Shown: positions 18,444 through 29,271, counted from the first letter of the stretch. The stretch is 64,000 bases of DNA from Legionella sp. (GCF_031291095.1 NZ_JARLJR010000008.1), one strand, 5' to 3'. The notes: generated by a model from the sequence alone, not told the origin. Numbers and translations are program-made.

Positions 18444-21272
18444 ATGCAAAATATCAGTATTCGTGGTGCACGAACCCATAATCTCAAAAATCTTGATTTA
18501 GACTTACCTCGAGATCAGTTAATTGTCATTACTGGTTTATCAGGCTCAGGCAAGTCCTCATTAGCATTTGATACGCTTTATGCCGAAGGACAGCGACGTT
18601 ATGTTGAATCCTTATCTGCTTATGCCAGACAATTCTTATCGATGATGGAAAAGCCGGATGTTGATTCTATTGAAGGTTTATCTCCTGCTATTTCTATAGA
18701 ACAAAAAGCGACCTCGCATAACCCGCGTTCTACGGTTGGGACAATTACCGAGGTTTATGATTATTTACGCCTGCTTTACGCTCGGGTGGGTGAGCCACGT
18801 TGCCCAACACATCATGTGGGTTTACATGCACAAACCGTCAGCCAAATGGTGGATCAGGTAATGACCTTACCTGCCGATTCCAAAGTGATGATTTTGGCGC
18901 CGGTAGTGCGTGAGCGCAAAGGTGAACAAGTGCAGTTATTCCAGCAATTGCAAGCGAAGGGCTATGTTCGTGCACGTATTGATGGGGAATTGTATGAGCT
19001 CGATTCGCCGCCAAAACTTGGTCTGCGTACGAAGCATACTATTGAAGTAGTGATTGACCGGTTTAAAGTAAGGCCCGAAATTGAGCAACGCTTAAGTGAA
19101 TCTTTTGAAAATGCGCTGAATTTGGCTGAGGGGCTCGCAATCGTCGCCTCCATGGATAATCAATTTACCGATTTGGTATTTTCTTCCAAATTTGCTTGTC
19201 CTGAATGCGGTTATAGTTTGAGTGAACTTGAACCCCGTCTTTTCTCGTTTAATAATCCTGTTGGTGCTTGCCCTTCTTGTGATGGTTTGGGTGTGGATCA
19301 GTTTTTTGATCCGGACCGTGTAATTCATGATGCTACGGCCAGCTTAGCAGAAGGCGCTATTCGTGGTTGGGATAAAAAGACCAATTATTATTTCTCTATG
19401 CTGGAATCATTGGCACAGCATTATGGCTTTAATACGGACACGGCTTTTTGTGACCTTCCTAATGAGATGCAGGAGATCATTTTATATGGTAGCGGTCGTG
19501 AAGTAATTGAGTTTAATTATCATCGACCTAATGGTGGTTTTATGCTGAAGCGACATGCATTTGAAGGGGTCATCCCTAATATGCAACGTCGTTATCGGGA
19601 ATCCGATTCAGGGATGATCCGGGAAGAGCTCGCTAAATATTTATCTTCGCGCCCATGCCAGACTTGTAGCGGTACGCGCTTACGTGAAGAAGCACGTAAC
19701 GTGTTCATTGATGATAAAAATTTACCAGAAATTTCCGCTTATTCCATAGAGAAGTCGTATGAATTTTTTAAAAATTTGCGTTTAACCGGCTATAAAGGCG
19801 AAATTGCCGCCAAGATTAATAAAGAAATCGTAGAGCGCTTAGGGTTTTTAGTTAATGTTGGCTTGGATTATTTGTCTTTAACTCGTAGTGCGGAAACCTT
19901 GTCAGGTGGTGAAGCGCAACGCATCCGCCTCGCAAGTCAAATTGGCTCTGGATTGGTCGGGGTGATGTATATTTTAGATGAGCCTTCAATCGGCTTACAC
20001 CAACGAGATAATGATCGCTTATTAAAAACGTTAGTGCATTTACGTAATCAAGGCAATACCGTTATTGTGGTTGAGCATGATGAGGATGCCATTCGTAGTG
20101 CGGATTTTGTGTTGGATATTGGCCCTGGTGCAGGGGTTCATGGTGGTGAAATTGTTGCCCAAGGTACTCCGGAAGAAGTGATGCAGAATCCCGCATCACT
20201 TACTGGGCAATATTTGTCAGGGAAACAGGCGATTGCTGTGCCTAAGGAACGTTTACCAGTTAATCCAGAGAAAATGATCCATTTAAAAGGCGTTAGCTGT
20301 AATAATCTCAAGCAGGTTAGTGTCAGTATTCCCTTAGGCCTGATGACGTGTATTACGGGTGTTTCTGGCTCAGGAAAGTCTAGTTTAATTAACGATACTT
20401 TGTATCCGATTGCTGCGAACCTGTTAAATCGAGCCAGCTTATTTACCCCTGGGGCGGTAAAAGAAATTTCAGGCCTAAATCTCTGTGATAAAGTAATTGA
20501 TATAGATCAAAGCCCAATTGGCCGTACTCCGCGTTCAAATCCTGCAACGTATACTGGCCTATTTACCCATGTCCGCGATTTATTTTCCGGAACTCCTGAG
20601 GCAAGGGCACGTGGTTATCAACCAGGTCGTTTTAGCTTTAATGTCCGAGGAGGGCGCTGTGAGGCTTGTCAGGGAGATGGACTTATTAAAGTAGAGATGC
20701 ACTTTTTACCTGATATTTATGTGGCTTGTGATGTTTGTCAGGGTAAGCGTTATAACCGAGAAACCTTGGATATTCAGTATAAGGGAAAAAATATTCATGA
20801 AGTTTTAGAAATGACGGTTGAAGATGCCTGTACTTTTTTTGCCGCCATTCCTGTCTTAGCTAGAAAATGTCAAACCCTGATGGATGTAGGCTTGTCTTAT
20901 ATTAAATTAGGTCAAAGCGCCACAACCTTGTCTGGAGGGGAAGCTCAACGAATTAAATTGGCTCGTGAATTATCAAAACGTGGCACTGGGAGTACTTTAT
21001 ACATCCTGGATGAACCAACTACGGGTCTGCATTTTCATGATACTCGGCAGTTACTCTCTGTATTATTCCGTTTGCGGGAGCAGGGGAATACGATTGTTAT
21101 TATTGAGCATAATCTGGATGTGATAAAAACGGCAGACTGGATTATTGACTTAGGCCCTGAGGGAGGCAGTAAAGGAGGTCTTATCGTTGCAACCGGAACT
21201 CCAGAGCAAGTTGCCGAAAGCCCTCAATCCTATACCGGACAATTTTTAAAACCACTTTTGAACTCCAAATAG
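18444..21272 (+). CDS. uvrA: Excinuclease ABC subunit A
   Basis: GARTHNLKN, two Walker A motifs ([18 protein letters not shown]), zinc fingers, LSGGEAQRI twice. Confidence 0.99.
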   Translation: MQNISIRGARTHNLKNLDLDLPRDQLIVITGLSGSGKSSLAFDTLYAEGQRRYVESLSAYARQFLSMMEKPDVDSIEGLSPAISIEQKATSHNPRSTVGTITEVYDYLRLLYARVGEPRCPTHHVGLHAQTVSQMVDQVMTLPADSKVMILAPVVRERKGEQVQLFQQLQAKGYVRARIDGELYELDSPPKLGLRTKHTIEVVIDRFKVRPEIEQRLSESFENALNLAEGLAIVASMDNQFTDLVFSSKFACPECGYSLSELEPRLFSFNNPVGACPSCDGLGVDQFFDPDRVIHDATASLAEGAIRGWDKKTNYYFSMLESLAQHYGFNTDTAFCDLPNEMQEIILYGSGREVIEFNYHRPNGGFMLKRHAFEGVIPNMQRRYRESDSGMIREELAKYLSSRPCQTCSGTRLREEARNVFIDDKNLPEISAYSIEKSYEFFKNLRLTGYKGEIAAKINKEIVERLGFLVNVGLDYLSLTRSAETLSGGEAQRIRLASQIGSGLVGVMYILDEPSIGLHQRDNDRLLKTLVHLRNQGNTVIVVEHDEDAIRSADFVLDIGPGAGVHGGEIVAQGTPEEVMQNPASLTGQYLSGKQAIAVPKERLPVNPEKMIHLKGVSCNNLKQVSVSIPLGLMTCITGVSGSGKSSLINDTLYPIAANLLNRASLFTPGAVKEISGLNLCDKVIDIDQSPIGRTPRSNPATYTGLFTHVRDLFSGTPEARARGYQPGRFSFNVRGGRCEACQGDGLIKVEMHFLPDIYVACDVCQGKRYNRETLDIQYKGKNIHEVLEMTVEDACTFFAAIPVLARKCQTLMDVGLSYIKLGQSATTLSGGEAQRIKLARELSKRGTGSTLYILDEPTTGLHFHDTRQLLSVLFRLREQGNTIVIIEHNLDVIKTADWIIDLGPEGGSKGGLIVATGTPEQVAESPQSYTGQFLKPLLNSK

Positions 21273-21279
21273 CACAAAA

Positions 21280-21354
21280 CCCGTAGTACGTTGCACTAAT
21301 ACGGGCTGCATGAATAGAGAGTGTAGCCCATATTAGGCGAAGTCGTACTATAGG
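21280..21354. repeat. Inverted doublet of GTAGCCC-family REP-like elements
   Basis: Minus GCAGCCCGTATTAGTGCAACGTACTACGGG (21309-21280) and plus GTAGCCCATATTAGGCGAAGTCGTACTATAGG (21323-21354), head to head just after the uvrA stop. Confidence 0.7.
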
Positions 21355-21434
21355 ATGTTGCGGCACCTTCCCCTGTTATTTTTACTATTTTCAAGCTATA
21401 ACTTATATAGGATATTTTTTATTAGGATGACAAC

Positions 21435-22016
21435 ATGGGTACTTTCTTTCTTGGGCTTTTAGTTATTATTGTTCTTTTAGTGATCTGGGCTATTGGCATT
21501 TATAACACCTTAATTCAGTTAATTGAGACAATTAATAACGACAAAAAGCAAATCGATATTCAATTAGATCGCCGATTTAAGGTATTCGAATCCCTAATTG
21601 AAGCCGTTAAAAAATACATGGATTACGAGAAAACGACTTTAAAAGATGTTGTCGCCCTACGTAATCAAGCGCAAGCAGCTAAAGCCGCAGGTGATGAGCA
21701 AGGGCAGATTGCAGCAGAGAATGGAATTTCTCAAATTGCATCGGGTCTTAGTGTGGTTTTTGAACAATATCCTGATTTAAAAGCAAGTCAAAACGTAATG
21801 CAGTTACAGGAAGAAATTGTTAATACCGAAAACAAATTAGCGTATTCTAAACAAGCATATAACGATGCAATTGAGCGCTATAATGCGAAGAAAAAGTCCT
21901 TCTTTGAATCAATGGTGGTGAATTATTTCTCCTCTGCGTTGAATAAAGATTTTGTTTACTGGGGGCTTCCTGAAGAGCAAATTCAGGTTAGAGAAGACTA
22001 CACTGTAAAATTTTGA
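21435..22016 (+). CDS. lemA: LemA family protein
   Basis: N-terminal TM, IDIQLDRRF, EQYPDLKASQN, ENKLAYSKQAYNDAIERYN. Confidence 0.95.
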   Translation: MGTFFLGLLVIIVLLVIWAIGIYNTLIQLIETINNDKKQIDIQLDRRFKVFESLIEAVKKYMDYEKTTLKDVVALRNQAQAAKAAGDEQGQIAAENGISQIASGLSVVFEQYPDLKASQNVMQLQEEIVNTENKLAYSKQAYNDAIERYNAKKKSFFESMVVNYFSSALNKDFVYWGLPEEQIQVREDYTVKF

Positions 22017-22024
22017 GATAGACT

Positions 22025-23053
22025 ATGAGTCTTACTGACTATCATGGCAGTGCAGGTGACTGGCGCGAGCAAATAAGAAAAAACCAGCGTAAGACGCGTA
22101 TGGTAATTGGATTATTTGTTGGTGTTTACTTTGTTGTCGGTTTTATTGCGGATATTGTAGTTTTGCAAACTATGTATCATGGTATTACCGTGCAACAAAG
22201 TATGAACGCGTTGATTCATTTTCGAGTGATACCCTACGCCACATTGCTCATGGTTGGTTTTGCCGCGATTTCTTTATTAATCACTTATTCGCTTTACGAT
22301 CGTATCATGCTTTTAGGTACCGAGTATCGAGAGATCACCCCGCAGAACGCGCAAAATGTGCAAGAACAGCAATTATATAATGTGGTGGAGGAAATGACGG
22401 TTGCTGCTGGTTTACAGTATGTTCCCAAGGTTTTTATTATCGAAGCCGATTATATGAATGCCTTTGCCAGTGGATATAGTGAAAAGTCTGCAATGGTCGC
22501 CATTACCCGTGGGTTAATTGATAAATTGAATCGTGCTGAATTACAAGCCGTTATGGCGCATGAATTAAGTCATATTCGCCATGGCGATATTAAATTGACT
22601 TTAACCGTAGCTGTTTTGAGCAATATTTTGCTTATCGTGGTCGATGTTTTATTTTATTCAGTTTTATTTAGACGCAACGGCAATGATCGACGCGAAAATA
22701 ATCAATTACTTATGGTGATTATGATTCTGCGCTATGTGTTACCTTTAATCACAGTTTTATTAACCTTGTTTTTAAGCCGTACCCGCGAATACATGGCTGA
22801 TGCAGGTTGTGTTGAATTAATGCGTGATAATGAGCCTTTGGCTCGAGCTTTATTGAAGATTAGTTCGGATCATGAACAACATGCTGATTATTATTCGGCA
22901 GAATATGGAAATACAGCTCATGAGCAAGTTCGCCAGGCGTCCTATCTTTTTGACCCATCAGACATAACGCCTATTAAATCCTTAAGCAGTGCCTTTGATA
23001 CCCATCCCTCCATAGAGCAACGTTTGCGTGCATTGGGTTTTAATCGTAAATAA
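22025..23053 (+). CDS. htpX: Zinc metalloprotease HtpX (M48)
   Basis: NAFASG, AITRGL, AHELSH (HExxH), SRTREYMAD, THPSIEQR. Confidence 0.93.
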   Translation: MSLTDYHGSAGDWREQIRKNQRKTRMVIGLFVGVYFVVGFIADIVVLQTMYHGITVQQSMNALIHFRVIPYATLLMVGFAAISLLITYSLYDRIMLLGTEYREITPQNAQNVQEQQLYNVVEEMTVAAGLQYVPKVFIIEADYMNAFASGYSEKSAMVAITRGLIDKLNRAELQAVMAHELSHIRHGDIKLTLTVAVLSNILLIVVDVLFYSVLFRRNGNDRRENNQLLMVIMILRYVLPLITVLLTLFLSRTREYMADAGCVELMRDNEPLARALLKISSDHEQHADYYSAEYGNTAHEQVRQASYLFDPSDITPIKSLSSAFDTHPSIEQRLRALGFNRK

Positions 23054-23095
23054 TTATCTTGATTTTCTTTCATTAGATTCCAAACCAATCATGTG

Positions 23096-23124
23096 TTGAA
23101 ATTTTTAACAACAAACAGTACAAT
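23096..23124 (+). promoter_or_regulatory. Sigma70-type promoter
   Basis: TTGAAA-17 nt-TACAAT, 32 nt upstream of ATG 23157; GGAG RBS at 23144. Confidence 0.6.
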
Positions 23125-23156
23125 TTGGCAGCTTGACTTATTTGGAGTCTTTTTAT

Positions 23157-23684
23157 ATGCACAATACTCGCTTGGAGTACCCAGGGAATATTATTGGTTC
23201 AGATGAGGGTTTTGAAGGCTTAACGTCTCAGGAGTTTTCTGAGATTTTTGCTCGGATGTTTACTGAAGTAGGGGTGGGGGCTGTCTGTGGTGGTTTAGGT
23301 GGCGTCGTTAGTCAGTATGCCTACTCATTTTTTAGCCCGGAAATGGTAAGTAATGCCGGCGGCTTTCTTTCTTTTGCAGGGGTCGGTGCACTCGCCGCAA
23401 TTTTAAAATGGATCCCTCAGCTATTAACCAAAGATTACTTGAACAATCACAATTATTTAGCCGAGCATATCAATCTGAAGTCGTTTATAGAGAACAGCTT
23501 GAATTTGGTCTATAGTTGTGCCGCAGTAGCTGCTTCGGCTGCTCTAATAGGTAGTCCGGTTGGACCTACAGTAGCATGTCTTATGCTATTTCCCACAATT
23601 ACTTGGGTACTTACTTCCTTAAGTGACGGGCTCTCGGCATGCATCACAGCTCACCTTGCTTCAAATCCGGCTAAAATTGGCTGA
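23157..23684 (+). CDS. Hypothetical multi-helix hydrophobic protein (possible effector)
   Basis: ATG 23157 with GGAG RBS; Gly/Ala-rich hydrophobic helices; no signal peptide; no recognised family. Confidence 0.7.
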   Translation: MHNTRLEYPGNIIGSDEGFEGLTSQEFSEIFARMFTEVGVGAVCGGLGGVVSQYAYSFFSPEMVSNAGGFLSFAGVGALAAILKWIPQLLTKDYLNNHNYLAEHINLKSFIENSLNLVYSCAAVAASAALIGSPVGPTVACLMLFPTITWVLTSLSDGLSACITAHLASNPAKIG

Positions 23685-23827
23685 CATAGGAACCCTATAA
23701 ATGAGCGCATAATGTGCTTATAGAGAAAAAATATTCTTCTCCCGAGATAACTTCGGCCTCAAATAGTTATTAATGGAGTGTGGCTCTGATTGCGCTACAT
23801 TTTGAACGATCTTCTCATTTTTCGACT

Positions 23828-23858
23828 CTGAATGCCGCGAATAAGATGCGGCATGACG
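23828..23858 (-). repeat. CGTC-tagged REP-like hairpin
   Basis: Minus CGTC-ATGCCGC-ATCTTATTC-GCGGCAT-TCAG, 7-bp stem. Confidence 0.6.
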
Positions 23859-24047
23859 GCTGGTTGATAAAATGGGCGGATTTTTCAGCCAACAAATGCA
23901 TCTGTGCGATACTGCAATCCTTAATGCGGATCTTTTGAACACATTGATTTACCAGCTTTTTTCCCAACTTCATCTTGTCTAATTCCCTATTTTTTGTTTA
24001 TGATGAGGGATGATGATAATACCTTCTAGAAAAGGAATTTGGATGTG

Positions 24048-25046
24048 ATGAAAAAGCAAGCAGTAATTCTGTCATTATTTTTATTAGGCAATGGGCAAAT
24101 GGTATGTGCGGATGCTTTGTCCAGAACACGAACTGAAATGGCGGAGCAAACTAATGAAACCACTAGTAATGTAACAGGTTTTCTGAAAAAGATAACTCCG
24201 GAATTCCTTTATGGATATACTGATTTTCACTTTAAGTCATCTTCTTTAGGGAATCAGAATCGTTACAATGGGCATTCAAACCTTTATTCAGCCGGAGCGG
24301 ATCATCTTTCCTTTGGCCCTAGCGTAATGGCGGGTGTTTACTATTTTCGAGTGGATACTTCGTTAAACTCTGCTTTTTTGTTAGCACCAAGTCCGCTGAC
24401 TACGACCTCACAAAATATAAAAAATGATACGATTTTTGGTCACGTATTAAAGATTTTTACGCCGCAAATCTATTTGGATTTAGCCGCAGGTTATGGATAC
24501 AACAAAATCAATAGTTACTTGACTGTTGCTCCAGGCTCTATTGATGAGTTGCATGCCTATGCTCGTAATGGTAGTGATAACTGGTTTGTTAGTGCTAATG
24601 GGATTTATAGAAAAAGCTGGCAAAAGTTTTTGCTGAGAGCGAATTTCGGCGTTTTATATAGCCAAATTAACACAGGAGCTTATGATTATAAATTCCCAAC
24701 GCTAGACACCATGGTACCTATTCAAGCCTTAACGAATAAAGCAACCTTGTTAATGGAAAATGCGGAGCTTGGTTATTTTATTAACCCTAAATTAATGCCT
24801 TTTATTAATGGCGGTTTATTTCAAGTAGCTCAGTTTTCAAATAGTCGTCCTATTGTGAATTCTGCTATTGTGGTAAATGGTACTCTGCCTCAATTAAACA
24901 TGAATAAAGACGGTTTTCGTTTGGGCGGGGGAGTTTCCTATACGTATAAGAATGTTACGATGCGTGTTGAGGAAAAATATTACAATGCGAGCAGCACATT
25001 CCATAGTTTCCAAACCTTGGCCGCTATAGAATACCAGTTTTCTTAG
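24048..25046 (+). CDS. Outer-membrane beta-barrel protein (autotransporter beta-domain-like, no passenger)
   Basis: Signal peptide MKKQAVIL...VCA; alternating amphipathic strands (YLDLAAGYGYN, FRLGGGVSYTY); C-terminal AAIEYQFS beta-signal-like; AAGGA RBS. Confidence 0.7.
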   Translation: MKKQAVILSLFLLGNGQMVCADALSRTRTEMAEQTNETTSNVTGFLKKITPEFLYGYTDFHFKSSSLGNQNRYNGHSNLYSAGADHLSFGPSVMAGVYYFRVDTSLNSAFLLAPSPLTTTSQNIKNDTIFGHVLKIFTPQIYLDLAAGYGYNKINSYLTVAPGSIDELHAYARNGSDNWFVSANGIYRKSWQKFLLRANFGVLYSQINTGAYDYKFPTLDTMVPIQALTNKATLLMENAELGYFINPKLMPFINGGLFQVAQFSNSRPIVNSAIVVNGTLPQLNMNKDGFRLGGGVSYTYKNVTMRVEEKYYNASSTFHSFQTLAAIEYQFS

Positions 25047-25210
25047 GCATCTTTAGTCAGCTGAAGTAATACGATAATCGCTCACCTGCTGCGGCTAGTC
25101 CGTGGCTCGTAGGGGGTTGGGTAAAACATGAGAGGATTTCTCAGCACGTAGCCCCTTTATTTTCATTTGGAGTGAACGGCTACATTCAATAGAAAGGACG
25201 AATTTTTGCA

Positions 25211-27451
25211 ATGAATGCTCCGCAGTTTTTGCCCAAAATACTGAAATCCAAATTGACTCAATTTTCTCTTGGTCTTTTCTGTACTGCATTCATTTTTCTT
25301 GCTGATGTAATTCATCTTCCTTTAGTAAGTTTCCTTATTGACCAGTTAGATGATCGAATTTATGATCAAATTGTTCAATTAAATCGTCGTCCACATTTGC
25401 CTAATCCCAAAGTGGTTATCATTGATATCGATGATCGCTCAGTACAAAAGGAAGGAAGATGGCCCTGGCCACGTAATAAGCTGGCCGAATTACTTAACAA
25501 ATTAAAGGGGGCAGGGGTCGTAACTATTGGTACGGATATGGTTATGGCTGAACCTGAGGTAAATTATGCCACGGGCTTAAAAGAAGAGCTATTGCCATTA
25601 ATTTCGCAACTCCCGCCCAACCAACAGCAACTTCCCGCCTTATTAGAGGCGATTGCACCACAAGTTGATAATGATCGTATTCTTGCTCATTCTTTATTGG
25701 AGCATAATGTTGTTTTGGGGTTTTTGTTTCATAATGATCAAGTGGTTAAAAAGGGCGTTTTGCCCTCACCGCTAACCACTCAAAACAATGCCCTTATTTA
25801 TCGAGGCGATATGCCTCTTTATCAGTTTTCTGGTTATAACGGTTGTTTGCCTTTGTTTCTTAATGCGGCGACTCAAGCGGGCTCGGTAACGAATCTTCCT
25901 GACTCAGATGGCTCAGTGCGCCATGGACTGATGATTGCTAGCTATGATAACAAACTCTACGCTACGCTATCGTTAGCAATTGCAATGAATTATTTGATGG
26001 TTGATCACGTCACCTTGACTACTACGGAGGGTGAGTTAAGTGGAATCCAAATGGGGGCTGTGTTTATACCAACCAACTCTAGAGGCCAAATTCTTATTCC
26101 TTTCTGGGGGCTTCCTGGGGCATTGCCTTATTATTCTGCAACTGAGATCATGCAAGGCAGTTTTAATCCTGATGAGCTACAAGGCGCAATTGCAGTGATT
26201 GGCTCCACCATGATTTTGCTTGCTGATTTACACCAGTCTCCCGTAGCTCAATCATTTCCTGGGGTGGAAATGGTGGGCAACATGGTGCAAGGCATAGTGG
26301 GACAACAGCTTGTTACCCAATATAATTGGCATACCTCAAGTGCTCGCTTGTACCTATTATTATTAGGATTCTTTTTTTCCTGCATCTTTGCTTTTGTCGG
26401 GGTTACAGGCATGTTAGTGCTGACCTTTATCAGTATATTGGCAACCTTGGCAATTTCCGTTTATCTTTTTGTCGCTAAAAGTTTATATGTACCCTTAGCC
26501 TTCATCCTGGTGCTGATTATTTTACAGACTGTGGCAAACTATGGTTATTTATTTATTATGGAGCGGCGGCAAAAGAGAAAAATCAATCAGCTGTTTGGTC
26601 AATATGTTCCTGAGCAATATGTTAAAGAATTAATTGATTCTCCAGAGCAATACAGCATGGATGGCCAAGAGCGTAATATGACCGTGCAGTTTAGTGATAT
26701 ACGCAATTTTACTACCATCAGTGAGTCGTTGGGGGCCTCTGATGTTAAGCGGTTATTAAATACATTTTTTACCCCGATTACAGAAATAATTTTCAGCTTT
26801 CGCGGTACCATCGACAAATATGTTGGCGATATGATTGTTGCTTTTTGGGGAGCACCCATGGTCGATGAGGACCACGCTTATCATGCGATCTTGGCTTCGT
26901 TAACCATGATAAATAGCCTGCCTGAAATCAATGAAAAAATGGTAGCAACGGGACTTCCTGCCGTAAATATTGGAGTGGGCTTGGCAACAGGCTTAATGAA
27001 CGTAGGTGACATGGGATCTGAATTTCGTCGTGCATATACGGTTCTTGGCGATACGGTAAACCTTGCTTCGCGATTACAAGATTTAACCAAATTTTATCAT
27101 GTGAATATTTTAGTGAGCGATGGGACTCGTGTTGCTGATGAGCGATTTGTTTGGCGACCCGTAGATAAAATAACGGTTAAGGGGCGTAAAACGGGATTGG
27201 TTATTTATCAACCAGTTGGTTTGCGTACAGAGGTTGCTGATGCGGTTGTGGCTGAGTTGGAGGAATACCAGGCAGCCTTAGATGATTATTATGCATGTAA
27301 CTGGTCGTCTGCAGAAAAGAAATTTGATATTCTGAAAAGCAAATCGCCGGAAATTTATTTGTATCAAATGTATCTTGAGCGCATTAAAGTATTCCAGGTG
27401 GAACCACCTGCGGAAGATTGGAGTGGTATTTATGTTCATCTACATAAATAA
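25211..27451 (+). CDS. CHASE2-domain class III adenylate cyclase
   Basis: TM-CHASE2 (VVIIDIDD, GRWPWPR, D.DG.VR)-3TM-cyclase; FSDIRNFT and DKYVGD (metal Asps, adenine-selecting Lys), AYTVLGDTVNLASR (Thr, Asn, Arg), VKGR. Confidence 0.93.
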   Translation: MNAPQFLPKILKSKLTQFSLGLFCTAFIFLADVIHLPLVSFLIDQLDDRIYDQIVQLNRRPHLPNPKVVIIDIDDRSVQKEGRWPWPRNKLAELLNKLKGAGVVTIGTDMVMAEPEVNYATGLKEELLPLISQLPPNQQQLPALLEAIAPQVDNDRILAHSLLEHNVVLGFLFHNDQVVKKGVLPSPLTTQNNALIYRGDMPLYQFSGYNGCLPLFLNAATQAGSVTNLPDSDGSVRHGLMIASYDNKLYATLSLAIAMNYLMVDHVTLTTTEGELSGIQMGAVFIPTNSRGQILIPFWGLPGALPYYSATEIMQGSFNPDELQGAIAVIGSTMILLADLHQSPVAQSFPGVEMVGNMVQGIVGQQLVTQYNWHTSSARLYLLLLGFFFSCIFAFVGVTGMLVLTFISILATLAISVYLFVAKSLYVPLAFILVLIILQTVANYGYLFIMERRQKRKINQLFGQYVPEQYVKELIDSPEQYSMDGQERNMTVQFSDIRNFTTISESLGASDVKRLLNTFFTPITEIIFSFRGTIDKYVGDMIVAFWGAPMVDEDHAYHAILASLTMINSLPEINEKMVATGLPAVNIGVGLATGLMNVGDMGSEFRRAYTVLGDTVNLASRLQDLTKFYHVNILVSDGTRVADERFVWRPVDKITVKGRKTGLVIYQPVGLRTEVADAVVAELEEYQAALDDYYACNWSSAEKKFDILKSKSPEIYLYQMYLERIKVFQVEPPAEDWSGIYVHLHK

Positions 27452-27482
27452 TTAATGTTTTGTTTATTGTACAGGGAAAAAT

Positions 27483-28283
27483 ATGAAGAGAATAATTTTA
27501 ATCGGACTTTTATCCATGACGGCCCAGGTTTTCGCTGAGTCTGCGGCTAAGGTATTGTTTACACAGAATAAGGTTACTGCCTCTCATGGCGGTAGCTCGC
27601 GAACTCTTTCTCGTGGTTCAGCTTTGGAACCAGGTGACGAAATCGCTACAGCTGCGGGCGCTGCAGTACACCTTCAATATTCAAATGGGACTTTAGTGAA
27701 TATTGGTTCAAACTCATCATATAAGATTCTCGCGTATTCTCCTAAGCAAGCTGGCGTGCAAATTAATGCAGAGTTAGCTCATGGAAAATTAGAAATTCAA
27801 AATGGTGGGAAAATTAAAGAAACATTAAAAACGCCTATTGTCTCTTTAGCTATTCTTGGAACCCATATTCGTGTTGATGCGACCCGTTCAGCGAAGGCGA
27901 ATGGTAATCCTAAAAACAAGCAATGTGCTGGAGCGCGTGCCACCGAAGATACTTACGTCCAGGTTATCGAGGGATTAGTTTCTGCTCGCGATAAGCTTTT
28001 AAGGCCTGGAAAAAGTGTACGTGTTACCTGTGATCGTATTGTTGATGCACCATTCCCACCCGATGGTATTGTCAATTCGCCATTAAACTCACCAGGAAAA
28101 ATTGAAACTATGGCTGGAGGGGCTGCTGCGGATACTAACGTTTCAGATGAGGGGGCTTTAATTGCGACCTATGTTGCCACGAACCAGGCTCCAGGTACTA
28201 TTACAACCGGCAGCATTGATTCTATCCAGGCGGTTACTGCTGTGGCAGATATTTCCTTAGCTTGTAGCACTGGTTTACCTTAG
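27483..28283 (+). CDS. Periplasmic FecR-domain protein
   Basis: Signal peptide (..QVFA-E); GDEIAT...NGTLVNIGSNS and TP...AILGT match the FecR-domain pattern. Confidence 0.8.
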   Translation: MKRIILIGLLSMTAQVFAESAAKVLFTQNKVTASHGGSSRTLSRGSALEPGDEIATAAGAAVHLQYSNGTLVNIGSNSSYKILAYSPKQAGVQINAELAHGKLEIQNGGKIKETLKTPIVSLAILGTHIRVDATRSAKANGNPKNKQCAGARATEDTYVQVIEGLVSARDKLLRPGKSVRVTCDRIVDAPFPPDGIVNSPLNSPGKIETMAGGAAADTNVSDEGALIATYVATNQAPGTITTGSIDSIQAVTAVADISLACSTGLP

Positions 28284-28318
28284 CAGGTCTGGTTGCTTGC
28301 AACCAGCGAATTGTATAA

Positions 28319-28351
28319 CCCGTATTACGACTTTCGTCGAATACGGGCTAA
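28319..28351 (-). repeat. GTAGCCC-family REP-like palindrome
   Basis: Minus TTAGCCCGTATTCGACGAAAGTCGTAATACGGG; stem CCCGTATT/AATACGGG. Confidence 0.75.
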
Positions 28352-28379
28352 AAACTCTTCTAGTATGTTAAATCAATGT

Positions 28380-28410
28380 CGTCAATTGCGAACGAAGTGA
28401 AGCAACCCGG
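28380..28410 (+). repeat. Degenerate CGTC-tagged REP-like element
   Basis: CGTCAATTGCGAACGAAGTGAAGCAACCCGG resembles the CGTCATTGCGAGCGAAGCGAAGCAATCC type. Confidence 0.5.
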
Positions 28411-28497
28411 TACGGAGTTATAACGAGGTATCGTTCTGGGTTCTTTTATCAAGGCTTGCATGATGATGCTTACAAAGGTAACGCATACGGCCTACAC

Positions 28498-29271
28498 TTA
28501 TTCCCGTAAACCAACTCCTTTTTTTAATAAATACAGATTCAATGCAGTCAATAAAACAAGCATGAGACAAATGATACTCATTGCTAAGCCCATACCGACT
28601 TCACTTTGACCAATCATTGCCTGTCTAAGCGCATTAACCATATATAAAATTGGATTTAAAAGAGATACTTTTTGCCAAAAATTCGGCAACATCGCTGTAC
28701 TGTAAAAGACACCGCCTAAATAGGTGAGCGGGGTGAGCACAAAGGTAGGGATGATCATAATGTCATCAAAATTACGGGCAACCATCGCATTCGTAAAGCC
28801 AGCTAAGGAAAATATTGCGGAAACCAGTAAGACCACCAATAAGGTCATGGGCAAATGACTTAATTGAATCGTTAGAAAAAAGCTAGCAATAAGATAAACT
28901 AAAATTGCAACAATTAAACCGCGTACCATGCCGCCAAAAACATATCCCAGCAACAAAAAGCTATCATGCATAGGGCTGATTAGCATTTCCTCAATACTTT
29001 TTTGGAAGCGCACGCTATACAGCGAAGACGATACGTTGCCATAGGAGTTAACAATTACTGACATCATTATTAAGCCTGGAGCAATAAACATGGGATAACT
29101 AACGCCCTGAATTTCACCAATACGAGGCCCAATTAGGCTACCAAAAATCAAAAAATAAAGAGTCGTAGTGATAACCGGAGGTAAAAATACCTGGCTGGCA
29201 ATACGAAACATCCGTACAACCTCACGTCGTACAAGCGTGTATAAAGAAACAAGTTGTTTTTTAATGGCCAT
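28498..29271 (-). CDS. yadH: ABC-2 type transporter permease (YadH-like)
   Basis: FIAPGLIMMSVI, KSIEEMLISP, PLTYLGGVFYS, LNPILYMVNALR. Confidence 0.9.
   Translation of the reverse strand: MAIKKQLVSLYTLVRREVVRMFRIASQVFLPPVITTTLYFLIFGSLIGPRIGEIQGVSYPMFIAPGLIMMSVIVNSYGNVSSSLYSVRFQKSIEEMLISPMHDSFLLLGYVFGGMVRGLIVAILVYLIASFFLTIQLSHLPMTLLVVLLVSAIFSLAGFTNAMVARNFDDIMIIPTFVLTPLTYLGGVFYSTAMLPNFWQKVSLLNPILYMVNALRQAMIGQSEVGMGLAMSIICLMLVLLTALNLYLLKKGVGLRE

Noticed and set aside
25148-25183. GTAGCC...GGCTAC hairpin between barrel and cyclase genes
   Set aside because: Only 6 bp of pairing and poor match to the REP families; too weak to call
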